Assembly: GCA_027487625.1 (NCBI GenBank)
Contig: JAIYDG010000144.1
Location: forward strand, 1-59,442
Length of the DNA: 59,442 bases
Direction of reading: 5' to 3'
From: Bacteroidota bacterium
GTDB lineage: Bacteria; Bacteroidota; Bacteroidia; UKL13-3
The stretch's first letter is position 1. The number at the start of each line of letters is the position of its first letter. The position numbers were made by a program, and so were the translations under genes. This document shows, piece after piece, positions 27,856-37,600 of this stretch. Under the pieces are notes generated by a model. It was not told the DNA's origin, made no database searches, and saw only the letters and a program-made list of their open reading frames with translations.

Positions 27856-30162
27856 ATGAAAAAGCAAATTCTACTCATTTTATGCCTTTTGACTTTTGTT
27901 GGCAGTTTTGCTCAACCAGTTAAATTCAAAAGATCCTTTGCAGGTAAATTCTTAAAAGTAAATTCTCAGGATTCATTTCAAAACAGTTTTGCAGGTGGTT
28001 TAAATGCGCCTCAATTTTCAGAAATAGATTTGAACAGTGATGGATTAAAAGACATTTATGTATTTGACAGATCTGCTAATAAAAGCATTACCTTCATTAG
28101 AACTGCAAATCAAAAATTTAAATATGAACCTTACTATTCAAATATGTTTCCTCCATTAAATAGTTGGGTTCTTTTAAGAGATTATGATGGTGATGGGAAA
28201 CCGGATATTTTTTCGGAAATTGATTTTAATGCTAAACCAGAACCAGAAAAGTTTTTCTGGCAACAAGGAATCAGGTTTTTAAAAAACGTTACCCTTAATA
28301 ATTCAGACCAAATAAAATTTTATCAATGGAGAAATCAGCTTTATGATACAGGAAATGCATTTTTACCACCAAGCAATATTGGTATTCAAAATTTAGATAT
28401 TCCTAGTATTGAAGATATGGATGGGGATGGTGACCTAGATTTATTGTTTTTCGGATATGGTAAAAATACTTTTACCTATCAACAGAATGTAAGTGTGGAG
28501 CGTGGTTTCAAAAAAGATTCATTGTTGTATGTTTTAAGGGATGATTGTTGGGGACACGTTTATTACAAGGTAAATACCCATGGATTCAGTCTTCATGATA
28601 ATTCAAATTGTTTCAAAAACTATAAAACAAAAATGCACAATGGCAGCACTGTTACAGTATTTGATTCAGATGGTGATGGAGATAAAGATGTTCTTTATGG
28701 AGATGTTAGTTTTAATTCATTATTGTATTTGAAAAATGGAAAAACCATCAATAGCCTTGGAAGAGATTCAATACTTAGCGAAGAAAATGTGTTTCCTAAT
28801 TCTGGTACGCCAGCATCTTTAGAAATTTTTCCTGCATCATATATGATTGATGTTGATGCGGATGGCAAAAAAGATTTGTTAGTAGCTCCTAATGCTGATG
28901 TAGCTGCTAAAAACAATAAAATGGTTATGTATTTTAAAAATACAGGTATCACTTCTATTCCAAGTTTTACTTATCAAAATAATGATTTTTTAGTTGGTGA
29001 AATGTTAGACTTAGGTGGTGGAGCAAAACCTGTTTTAGTTGATATTGATAATGATAATGACTTAGATTTAGTTGTTGCTACACAAGGTGAATTTACTCAA
29101 ACTCAAAATAGTAATGATAGATTGGTATTATTCAAGAATGAAGTTAAAGCAGATGGTCAATCTTATTTTAGTCTTGCTGATACTAATTTTTTACTTATAA
29201 ATTTTGGAACGAGTAGCCAAATTTTCCAAATGCATCCAAGTTTTGGTGATTTAAATGGAGATGGAAAAGTTGATTTAATTATTGGTGATATGAATGGGAA
29301 ATTCCATTTTTATGAAAACACCAGTGCATCAAACAACCAAATAAGTTTTGAAAAGAAGAGCAGTAATTATTTTGAGATGTATGCAGGCACATTTATTACA
29401 CCTCAATTAATCGACTTAAACAAAGATTCAAAATTAGATATAGTGGCAGGCAGAAAAAACGGCTCTTTAGTCTATTTTGAAAATAAAGGAACTATCACGA
29501 ATCCGCAATTTAATTCTAAACCTGATATTGATTCAATTGGTAAAATAAGCTCAGCTGAAATTTACGTAAATGGGCAAACAATCAGCTATTTTGACGGGTA
29601 CTCTAGCCCCTTGGTTTGCGATTTGGATAAAGATGGCAAATACGAAATTATTGTCGGTGGAAATGATGGAAGAGTTCAATTATATAGCAATTTTGATTTG
29701 AGTCCAAATAGAGTTTGCACAGCTATAGATAGTGTTTTTATTGAAAAAGAAAATGATTTAGCAAGACCAGGAAATTTTGGAAAAAAATCATCAGTATGCG
29801 TTGGAGATATCAATAAAGATGGAAGTTTAGAACTTATTATAGGAAACATAAGAGGTGGATTGGATTTAATGGAAGTTCAAGCCAAAGGAATTATCAGTTC
29901 TATTAGTGAAAAAATTAAAACACAAACAACTTATCAGGTTTATCCAAATCCAGCTCAAGATTTTATTGTTGTAAAAACTGACCAAAACTTCAAAAATGGA
30001 AAGATTTCAGTTTATGATTTAAACGGCAAAATGATTCTATCAGAAACAATAGATGCTTATGAGAAGCAATTAGACATGAGCTCCTTTATTTCAGGATTTT
30101 ATATTGTAAAGGTTGAATCTATTTATGGCGAAAACTTCTTCGAAAAAATTATTAAAGAATAA
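27856..30162 (+). CDS. FG-GAP/VCBS-repeat protein with T9SS C-terminal sorting domain
   Basis: 768 aa. Signal peptide, many D.DGDG.(D/K)(L/I) calcium-binding FG-GAP repeats, and a C-terminal YQVYPNPAQDFIVV...FYIVKV type-A CTD. Confidence 0.8.
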   Translation: MKKQILLILCLLTFVGSFAQPVKFKRSFAGKFLKVNSQDSFQNSFAGGLNAPQFSEIDLNSDGLKDIYVFDRSANKSITFIRTANQKFKYEPYYSNMFPPLNSWVLLRDYDGDGKPDIFSEIDFNAKPEPEKFFWQQGIRFLKNVTLNNSDQIKFYQWRNQLYDTGNAFLPPSNIGIQNLDIPSIEDMDGDGDLDLLFFGYGKNTFTYQQNVSVERGFKKDSLLYVLRDDCWGHVYYKVNTHGFSLHDNSNCFKNYKTKMHNGSTVTVFDSDGDGDKDVLYGDVSFNSLLYLKNGKTINSLGRDSILSEENVFPNSGTPASLEIFPASYMIDVDADGKKDLLVAPNADVAAKNNKMVMYFKNTGITSIPSFTYQNNDFLVGEMLDLGGGAKPVLVDIDNDNDLDLVVATQGEFTQTQNSNDRLVLFKNEVKADGQSYFSLADTNFLLINFGTSSQIFQMHPSFGDLNGDGKVDLIIGDMNGKFHFYENTSASNNQISFEKKSSNYFEMYAGTFITPQLIDLNKDSKLDIVAGRKNGSLVYFENKGTITNPQFNSKPDIDSIGKISSAEIYVNGQTISYFDGYSSPLVCDLDKDGKYEIIVGGNDGRVQLYSNFDLSPNRVCTAIDSVFIEKENDLARPGNFGKKSSVCVGDINKDGSLELIIGNIRGGLDLMEVQAKGIISSISEKIKTQTTYQVYPNPAQDFIVVKTDQNFKNGKISVYDLNGKMILSETIDAYEKQLDMSSFISGFYIVKVESIYGENFFEKIIKE

Positions 30163-30262
30163 CGTTTGATTTCATCCTAAATATGGTAAAATAACTTGTT
30201 TAGGATGAAGTCACTTTGTGATTCAATAATGATTCCTATTTTTGTTTGTAAATATTACCACT

Positions 30263-31453
30263 ATGTACGGAGGATTACAAGATCAATTGAAAAAAGAGCT
30301 TGCAGAAATTGAATCAGCAGGACTTTATAAAAAGGAAAGAATTATTGCTTCTCCTCAGGGAGCCGAAGTAAAATTAGCAGACGGAAAAGAAGTAATTATT
30401 TTTTGTGCCAATAACTATCTAGGATTATCATCACATCCAAAAGTTACTGAAGCAGCTAAAAAAGCAATTGATACACATGGATATGGAATGAGTTCTGTTC
30501 GTTTTATATGTGGAACTCAGGATATTCATAAAGAATTAGAGAAAAAGTTAGCTGATTTCCTTGGTACTGAAGATACCATATTATATGCAGCGGCTTTTGA
30601 TGCAAATGGTGGTGTATTTGAACCATTATTTAATGAAGAAGATGCCATCATCAGTGATGCATTAAATCATGCCAGTATTATTGATGGAGTTCGTTTGTGT
30701 AAAGCAGAACGTCATAGATACGAGCATAACAATATGGCAGATCTTGAAGAAAAGCTAAAAGTAACTCAACATTGCAGAAACAGAATTATTGTAACTGATA
30801 GTGTTTTTAGCATGGACGGAACCATTGCTCAGTTAGACCATATTGTAACTTTGGCAGAAAAGTACAATGCATTAATTATGGTTGATGAGTGCCATTCAAG
30901 TGGATTTATGGGAAAAACCGGTAGAGGAACTCATGAATACAGAGATGTAATGGGAAAAATTGACATCATAACCGGTACCTTGGGAAAAGCTTTAGGCGGT
31001 GCTATGGGTGGTTTTACATCAGGCAAAAAAGAAATTGTTGAGTTATTAAGACAAAGATCTAGACCTTATTTATTCTCAAATACCTTGGCACCATCGATTG
31101 TTGGAGCAAGTATTGCTGTTTTAGATATGTTAACTGAAACCACAGAATTAAGAGATATTCTTTGGGACAATACTCAGTATTTCAGAGCAAAAATGACTGA
31201 AGCAGGATTCGACATTAAACCGGGAGAACATCCAATTGTTCCTGTTATGTTATATGATGCAAAATTGTCTCAGGATTTTGCTGCTGCATTATTAGAAGAA
31301 GGAATTTATGTTGTTGGATTTTATTACCCTGTTGTACCCAAAGGACAGGCAAGAATAAGGGTACAAATTAGTGCAGGTCACTCAAAAGAACATTTAGATA
31401 AAGCCATTACAGCTTTCACCAAAATTGGCAAACAATTAGGTGTTGTAAAATAA
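30263..31453 (+). CDS. kbl: Glycine C-acetyltransferase (2-amino-3-ketobutyrate CoA ligase)
   Basis: The ATG at 30263 (MYGGLQDQLKKELAEIE...) is the likely start. PLP-dependent alpha-oxoamine synthase pattern including the FSMDG and TLGKALGG (PLP lysine) motifs. Confidence 0.9.
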   Translation: MYGGLQDQLKKELAEIESAGLYKKERIIASPQGAEVKLADGKEVIIFCANNYLGLSSHPKVTEAAKKAIDTHGYGMSSVRFICGTQDIHKELEKKLADFLGTEDTILYAAAFDANGGVFEPLFNEEDAIISDALNHASIIDGVRLCKAERHRYEHNNMADLEEKLKVTQHCRNRIIVTDSVFSMDGTIAQLDHIVTLAEKYNALIMVDECHSSGFMGKTGRGTHEYRDVMGKIDIITGTLGKALGGAMGGFTSGKKEIVELLRQRSRPYLFSNTLAPSIVGASIAVLDMLTETTELRDILWDNTQYFRAKMTEAGFDIKPGEHPIVPVMLYDAKLSQDFAAALLEEGIYVVGFYYPVVPKGQARIRVQISAGHSKEHLDKAITAFTKIGKQLGVVK

Positions 31454-31457
31454 TAAA

Positions 31458-31495
31458 GAAGGGTCCATTCACTAGAAGAATGGACCCTTCCTTTG
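31458..31495 (+). terminator. kbl terminator hairpin
   Basis: 13-bp perfect stem GAAGGGTCCATTC / GAATGGACCCTTC with only a weak T-run after it. Confidence 0.55.
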
Positions 31496-31511
31496 ACTTG
31501 ATAATATTAAA

Positions 31512-31548
31512 TTAACATTAGCCTAACATTGAGTTTACCTAATGTTAA
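31512..31548. promoter_or_regulatory. Repeated TAACATT half-sites (two direct, one inverted) upstream of the TonB-dependent receptor
   Basis: TTAACATTAG (31512-31521) and its exact reverse complement CTAATGTTAA (31539-31548). A third direct copy, TAACATT, lies at 31524-31530, 11 nt from the first. A TACTTTTG -7 box sits at 31582-31589. Confidence 0.45.
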
Positions 31549-31607
31549 CTCACCATTAACCTCAATGAAGGTATACAAACATACTTTTGTGGCAGATCAA
31601 AACTGCT

Positions 31608-34529
31608 ATGAAAATCAGCAAGAAACAACTTTTAAACTTCATTTTATTCCTATTATTAACTGCATTTCAGGTAAATGCACAAAATGGAAAAATCTCTGGA
31701 AAGGTAGTCGATAAGAAAACTGGGGAAGAACTTATTGGGGTAACCGTAATTATAGAGGGAAGCTCATTTGGGGCTGCAACTGATTACGAAGGTAAATTCA
31801 CTATAAATAATGTTAAACCAGGAACTTACAACTTAATCGCATCTTTTGTATCTTATGGAAAGAAACAAATTAAAGATGTTGAGGTGAAAGCCAATGAAAT
31901 AACTCCATTATCGATAGTTTTAGAACGCACCACTAAAGAATTAATAGAGGTTGTTGTTCAAGGAACATTAAAAAGAGAAAATTCAAGTGCTCTTTTATTA
32001 CAACAAAAGAAAAATATTTCTATTTCAGATGGAATTTCAGCTGATATGATTAGAAAAACTCCGGACGCTACGACTGGAGATGTAATGAAAAGAGTAAGTG
32101 GTACATCAATTCAAGACAACAAATTTGCTGTTATCAGAGGATTAAACGACAGATATAATACAGCTTACATTAATGGAGCTCCACTTCCAAGTTCTGAAAG
32201 TGATAGAAAAGCATTCAGTTTCGATATTTTTCCATCGAACATGTTGGATAATATGGTTATAACTAAAACGGCTTCACCTGATTTACCAGGAGATTTTGCT
32301 GGAGGTTTAATCACCATTAATACAAGAGATATTCCTGAGAAAAAATTCACTTCATTCTCAACAGGAATTAGCACACATAGCATTACAACAGGAAAAGCCG
32401 GAGTTGGAGCAAATACAAGCAGCACCGATTTCTTAGGATTTGATGATGGAAAACGCTCTTTGCCTGAAAATATTCCAGCAAGAGGAGAATTCAATTCATC
32501 ACCTGACAAAGTTGAAAATTCAAGAAAATTTGATAACGACTGGACTTTATTAAGACCCTCAAATCTTCCTTTAAACTATTCATTTGGTGTATCAGGCGGT
32601 AATAGTTATAAAGTAAGAAAAAAAGATGAATTCGGATTTATCGTTTCAGGTTCATATAGCAATAGCGTAAAAAATTCATTCGTTGAAAGAAATCAATTCA
32701 ACAGACCAATGGATGGTAACGATAACCAAATTGTAAGATCTTACCAAGATACCATTACTAAAGAAGAAATTCTAGCCGGAATTATGGCCAATTTTGGTTA
32801 CAAAATTGGAAATCTACATAAAATTGCTTTCAAAAACGCATTGACATTAAACTCTGAAAATCTTACTACCATTAGAGGTGGAGCAGATGATTATGCATCA
32901 GAACAAGCTCCTTTGGTAAGAAATACTTACTTTAACTATAATCAAAGTAGATTGTTAACCAATCAATTAATTGGAGAACATTTTTTACCTACCTCAAAAA
33001 TTAAATTGAAATGGGTATTAAACAACAATACAATTGATAGAAGCACTCCTGATTTTAGAAGATTTTCATCACAAGCAATTTTAATAGATCCAGAAACTGG
33101 TTATACACCATATCAGGCAAAAATTACAAGCAGTAATCCTGATATAACCCAAAACGGTAGATTCTTTTCAAAGTTGAATGAAAATATTAGAAGTGTTGGT
33201 GTTGATGTGCAAAAATCTTTAAGCTTTCTTAGTGGCAAAAAAGTTAAAACAGAATTTAAAACTGGTTTATTCTATCAAGTACGTAAAAGAGATTTCCAAG
33301 CTAGAGCTTTTGCACCAATCTTGAAAAAAGGTGGTTTAGAAAGATTAAAATTCCTTGAAGGAAACTTAGATACATTATTCAGGTCAGATTTATATTCAAA
33401 CGATTACTACTGGGATGAAGATTTCCGTGCCCAAGATATTTACAGTGCTAGTTCAAATTTATCTGCCGCATACTTAATGTTAGATCAAAGAATTGGAAAC
33501 AGAATTAGAGTTGTTTATGGTGTTCGAGCTGAAGTATATAAACAAGTAATTGGTTCTTATGAATTGAATTCAAATCCACCAAAACCATTAAATGTTGATA
33601 CTACATTTAATGATTTCTTACCATCATTGAACTTTACTTACGAGTTATCAGAAAAAACCAATTTAAGATTCTCAGCATCTCGCACTTTAGCTCGTCCTGA
33701 GTTTAGAGAAATCGCATCTTTCTCTTTCTATGATTTCAATATCAATACAGTAGTAACAGGTAAATCAACATTAACTAGAACAAGAATTGATAACTATGAT
33801 GTAAGATATGAATTCTATCCTGGTGAAGGACAAATGTTATCAGTTTCAACTTTTTATAAATCATTTAAAAATCCAATTGAAATGGTTTATGAATTTAGAG
33901 GAAGTGATACTTACTTAAGTTATTCTTCACAAACAACAGCAACCAATTATGGTATTGAGTTTGAAGTTCGCAAAAACTTTGATTTCTTAGATAAATTATT
34001 TGATACCAAATGGATTAGAGATTTCAGTTTTACTGCTAACTATGCTTATATTGTTTCCCAGGTTAAATTTGATAAAAATGTAGCATTAGAAAAATTTGGC
34101 TCACGTCCATTGCAAGGTCAATCACCTTATATTCTAAATACTAGCCTACAATACTATAATCCAAAATCAGCTTTAAGTGCTGCTATTTTTGTAAACAGAA
34201 TTGGAAGAAGAATTGCATTTACAAGAGAGATTAATGGTTCAATTCCTGATTTATGGGAAAACCCAAGAACAGTTATTGATATTAGCGTTTCAAAAAGAAT
34301 CTGGAAAGGACTTGAAGGTAAACTAGCAATCAATGATATTTTAGCTCAAGATTTGGTTTTCTATTGGGACAATAATGGAAACGGAAAACTTGATAAATTC
34401 ACAAAAGACCAATTAATCAATGCTTCAAATCTTCCAGGTGAATCTGCAAAGAGATTTGAAATGGACAATGATGTTTTTAGATATAAAATGGGATACTCTT
34501 TATCTTTTAGCTTATCTTATAAATTCTAA
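31608..34529 (+). CDS. TonB-dependent receptor with N-terminal carboxypeptidase-regulatory-like domain
   Basis: The ATG at 31608 gives a signal peptide. It is followed by GKISGKVVDKKTGEELIGVTV (CarbopepD_reg-like), a plug region (V.RGLNDRYN) and a long beta-barrel ending in an aromatic residue (...LSYKF). Confidence 0.85.
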   Translation: MKISKKQLLNFILFLLLTAFQVNAQNGKISGKVVDKKTGEELIGVTVIIEGSSFGAATDYEGKFTINNVKPGTYNLIASFVSYGKKQIKDVEVKANEITPLSIVLERTTKELIEVVVQGTLKRENSSALLLQQKKNISISDGISADMIRKTPDATTGDVMKRVSGTSIQDNKFAVIRGLNDRYNTAYINGAPLPSSESDRKAFSFDIFPSNMLDNMVITKTASPDLPGDFAGGLITINTRDIPEKKFTSFSTGISTHSITTGKAGVGANTSSTDFLGFDDGKRSLPENIPARGEFNSSPDKVENSRKFDNDWTLLRPSNLPLNYSFGVSGGNSYKVRKKDEFGFIVSGSYSNSVKNSFVERNQFNRPMDGNDNQIVRSYQDTITKEEILAGIMANFGYKIGNLHKIAFKNALTLNSENLTTIRGGADDYASEQAPLVRNTYFNYNQSRLLTNQLIGEHFLPTSKIKLKWVLNNNTIDRSTPDFRRFSSQAILIDPETGYTPYQAKITSSNPDITQNGRFFSKLNENIRSVGVDVQKSLSFLSGKKVKTEFKTGLFYQVRKRDFQARAFAPILKKGGLERLKFLEGNLDTLFRSDLYSNDYYWDEDFRAQDIYSASSNLSAAYLMLDQRIGNRIRVVYGVRAEVYKQVIGSYELNSNPPKPLNVDTTFNDFLPSLNFTYELSEKTNLRFSASRTLARPEFREIASFSFYDFNINTVVTGKSTLTRTRIDNYDVRYEFYPGEGQMLSVSTFYKSFKNPIEMVYEFRGSDTYLSYSSQTTATNYGIEFEVRKNFDFLDKLFDTKWIRDFSFTANYAYIVSQVKFDKNVALEKFGSRPLQGQSPYILNTSLQYYNPKSALSAAIFVNRIGRRIAFTREINGSIPDLWENPRTVIDISVSKRIWKGLEGKLAINDILAQDLVFYWDNNGNGKLDKFTKDQLINASNLPGESAKRFEMDNDVFRYKMGYSLSFSLSYKF

Positions 34530-34562
34530 AGTACATTAGATTAAATAAAATTCTAAAGTAGC

Positions 34563-34595
34563 AAAAAACCGACGATTACATCGTCGGTTTTTTTT
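34563..34595 (+). terminator. Terminator after the TonB-dependent receptor
   Basis: AACCGACGA-TTACA-TCGTCGGTT hairpin with a T8 run. Confidence 0.75.
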
Positions 34596-34699
34596 GTGTA
34601 AAATAGATTCAAAATTCCTCTAATTAACGTTTTGGTAATCTTACGTTAACCTTTTAACAACAGCCTAAAACTAGCTTCGCAAGCACAATTCAATAAAAC

Positions 34700-37600
34700 A
34701 TGAAGAAGCTATACCTTTTCATTTTTGTATTTTTATTTAGCATGGTTTCATTTGCTCAAAAAGCAAGAACAATTGCAGGTAATATTGATGCAAACACAAC
34801 ACTATTTAGTGACACAATCTACACATTAGACGGTTACGTTTATGTAAAGAACAACGCTACACTAACAATTCAACCTGGAACCATTATAAAAGGTAAATCA
34901 GGTACAAAAGCAACATTAATCATCACTAGAAATGGAATGATTAATGCCAATGGAACTCCTACAAGACCAATTGTTTTCACATCTGACAAAGCTATTAATG
35001 CTAGAAGCAAAGGTGATTGGGGTGGAATAGTAATCCTTGGAAAAGCAAAAATCAATCGTCCAACAGATTGTTCTACTTGCCCAGGAGCAACAGTTGCTGC
35101 TGCTGAAGCTGGAATTCAAGCTGCTGTTGAAGGCGACGTTGATAATACCAATGGTGATGCATTATATGGCGGAAATGATGACAATCACAATTCAGGAACA
35201 TTACGTTTTGTTCGTATTGAATTTGCTGGAACTGTAATCACCCCAGGTAATGAAATTAATGGTTTAACTATGGGTGGAGTTGGTAAAGCAACACAAATAA
35301 ATAATATCCAAGTTTCATTTGCTGATGATGATGGTTTTGAATGGTTCGGTGGAACTGTAGATGCAAAACACTTAGTATCATTCAGAAACGTTGATGATGA
35401 TTTTGATACTGATTTTGGTTATACTGGAAAAGTACAATTTGGAATCGCATTACGTGATTCATTGTTATATGATATTGGTACTGGACCAACTACAAACGGA
35501 TTTGAATCTGATAATGATGGTTCTGGTACTGAAGCACAACCATTTACTGAACCTACCTTTTCTAATATGACAATTTTAGGCCCTTTAGCCAATGGAACTC
35601 CTTTAACTTATAATAACTCTTTCCAAAATGGAGCACGTTTAAGAAGAAATACTTCAACAAGTATTTTCAATTCAGTGTTTATGGGTTGGAATGATGGTGT
35701 ATTCATCGATGGTGCGCGTGCAGTAAACAAACACCAAAACGATACATTGTTATACAAAAACAATATTCTTGCTGGAAATATCAGAGCAGTAAATGGTACT
35801 TCTACAGGTGGTTCAAATCCAACTGCTACAAGAGCAAAAATATTTGCAAACGCTAATGATTCAATTACTTCATCAGCTGGAATTTTATCTGATCCTTTTA
35901 ATTATTTGAATCCAAATTTCACACCTGCATCTGGTTCACCAGCATTAACAGGTGCATCATTTACAGGTGCTAAAATTTCTGATGGTTTCTTTAATTCTAC
36001 AACTTATAGAGGTGCAATGGGTAGTGAAAACTGGACATCTTGCTGGTGTAATTTCAACCCAAATACAGCTAATTACGATAATGCTCCATTAAACTTAATG
36101 CCATTAACTTATGATGCTGGAAAAGATTCAACAATTTGTTCTGGACGTTCTTTAGTAATCGGACAAACATTAAGTGGTGTTTATAAAGCTACTTGGTTCC
36201 CAACAACAGGTTTAAGTTCAGCTACAGCTGCTCGTCCTACAGCAACTCCTAGTGTTACTACAAAATATTATGTAACAGTTACAGATTCTGTAACAGGATG
36301 TGCAATGGTTGATAGTATTTTAGTTACAGTTAACCCTACTCCTACTGCTAATTTCACATCAGCAAATGGTACAGGTGCTGGTGTAGTTGAATTCACTAAT
36401 ACATCTACAAATGCCACAACTTATTCTTGGAATTTTGGTGATGGAAATACTTCAACCGCAACAAGTCCTAGTAATACTTATGCAGCAAATGGAACTTATA
36501 CAGTAAGATTAACTGCTATTTCAGGAACATGTAATAATGCAACAAGCAGACAAATTAATGTTACAGGTATTGCTTCTCCAGTTAGAGCATTTACAGGTGA
36601 TATTACTTCAAATACAACTTTCTATTCTGATACCATTTACATCATCAATGGTTATACTTATGTAAAAAACAACGCTACTTTAACAATTCAACCTGGAACT
36701 ATTATTAAAGGTGGTGCAAACAAAGCAACTTTAATTATAACTCGTAATGGTAAAATTGAAGCGAATGGTACAAAAAACCAACCTATTGTTTTCACTTCTG
36801 GTAAGTCAGCTGGTCAACGTGCTAAAGGTGATTGGGGTGGATTGGTAATTCTTGGAAAAGCAGTTATTAATCGTCCTACTGATTGTACAACTTGCCCTGG
36901 TTCTGCTGTTGCTGCTGGTGAAGCAGGAATTCAAAATGCAGTTGAAGGTGACTTAGATAATACTTCTGGTGATGCATTATATGGTGGTCAAGATGATAAT
37001 CACAATGCAGGAACTTTAAAATATGTTAGAATTGAATACGCAGGAACAGTTATTACTCCTGGTAACGAAATCAATGGTTTAACTATGGGTGGTATTGGTA
37101 AACAAACTACTATTGAATACGTTCAAGTTTCATTTGCAGATGATGATGCATTTGAATGGTTTGGTGGTTCTGCTGATGCGAAACATTTGGTATCTTACAG
37201 AAACGTAGATGACGATTTAGACGTTGATTTTGGTTTCTCAGGAAGAGTTCAATATGCAATTGTATTAAGAGATTCTTTATTATATGATATCGGTCAAGGT
37301 CCAACTACAAATGGATTCGAATCTGATAATGATGGTTCTGGTTCAGAAGCTAAACCTTATACAAATCCAACTTTCTCAAACATTACTGTTTTAGGTCCAT
37401 TAGCAAATGGAACTGCTTTAACTTATAACAACTCATTCCAAAACGGTGCTCGTATCAGAAGAAATTCTTCTACAAGTATCTACAATTCAATTTTCATGGG
37501 TTGGAATGATGCATTATTCATTGATGGAGCTCGTTCGGTAAACAAACACCAAAACGATACTTTGATGTACAAAAACAATTTATTAGCTGGAAATATTCGT

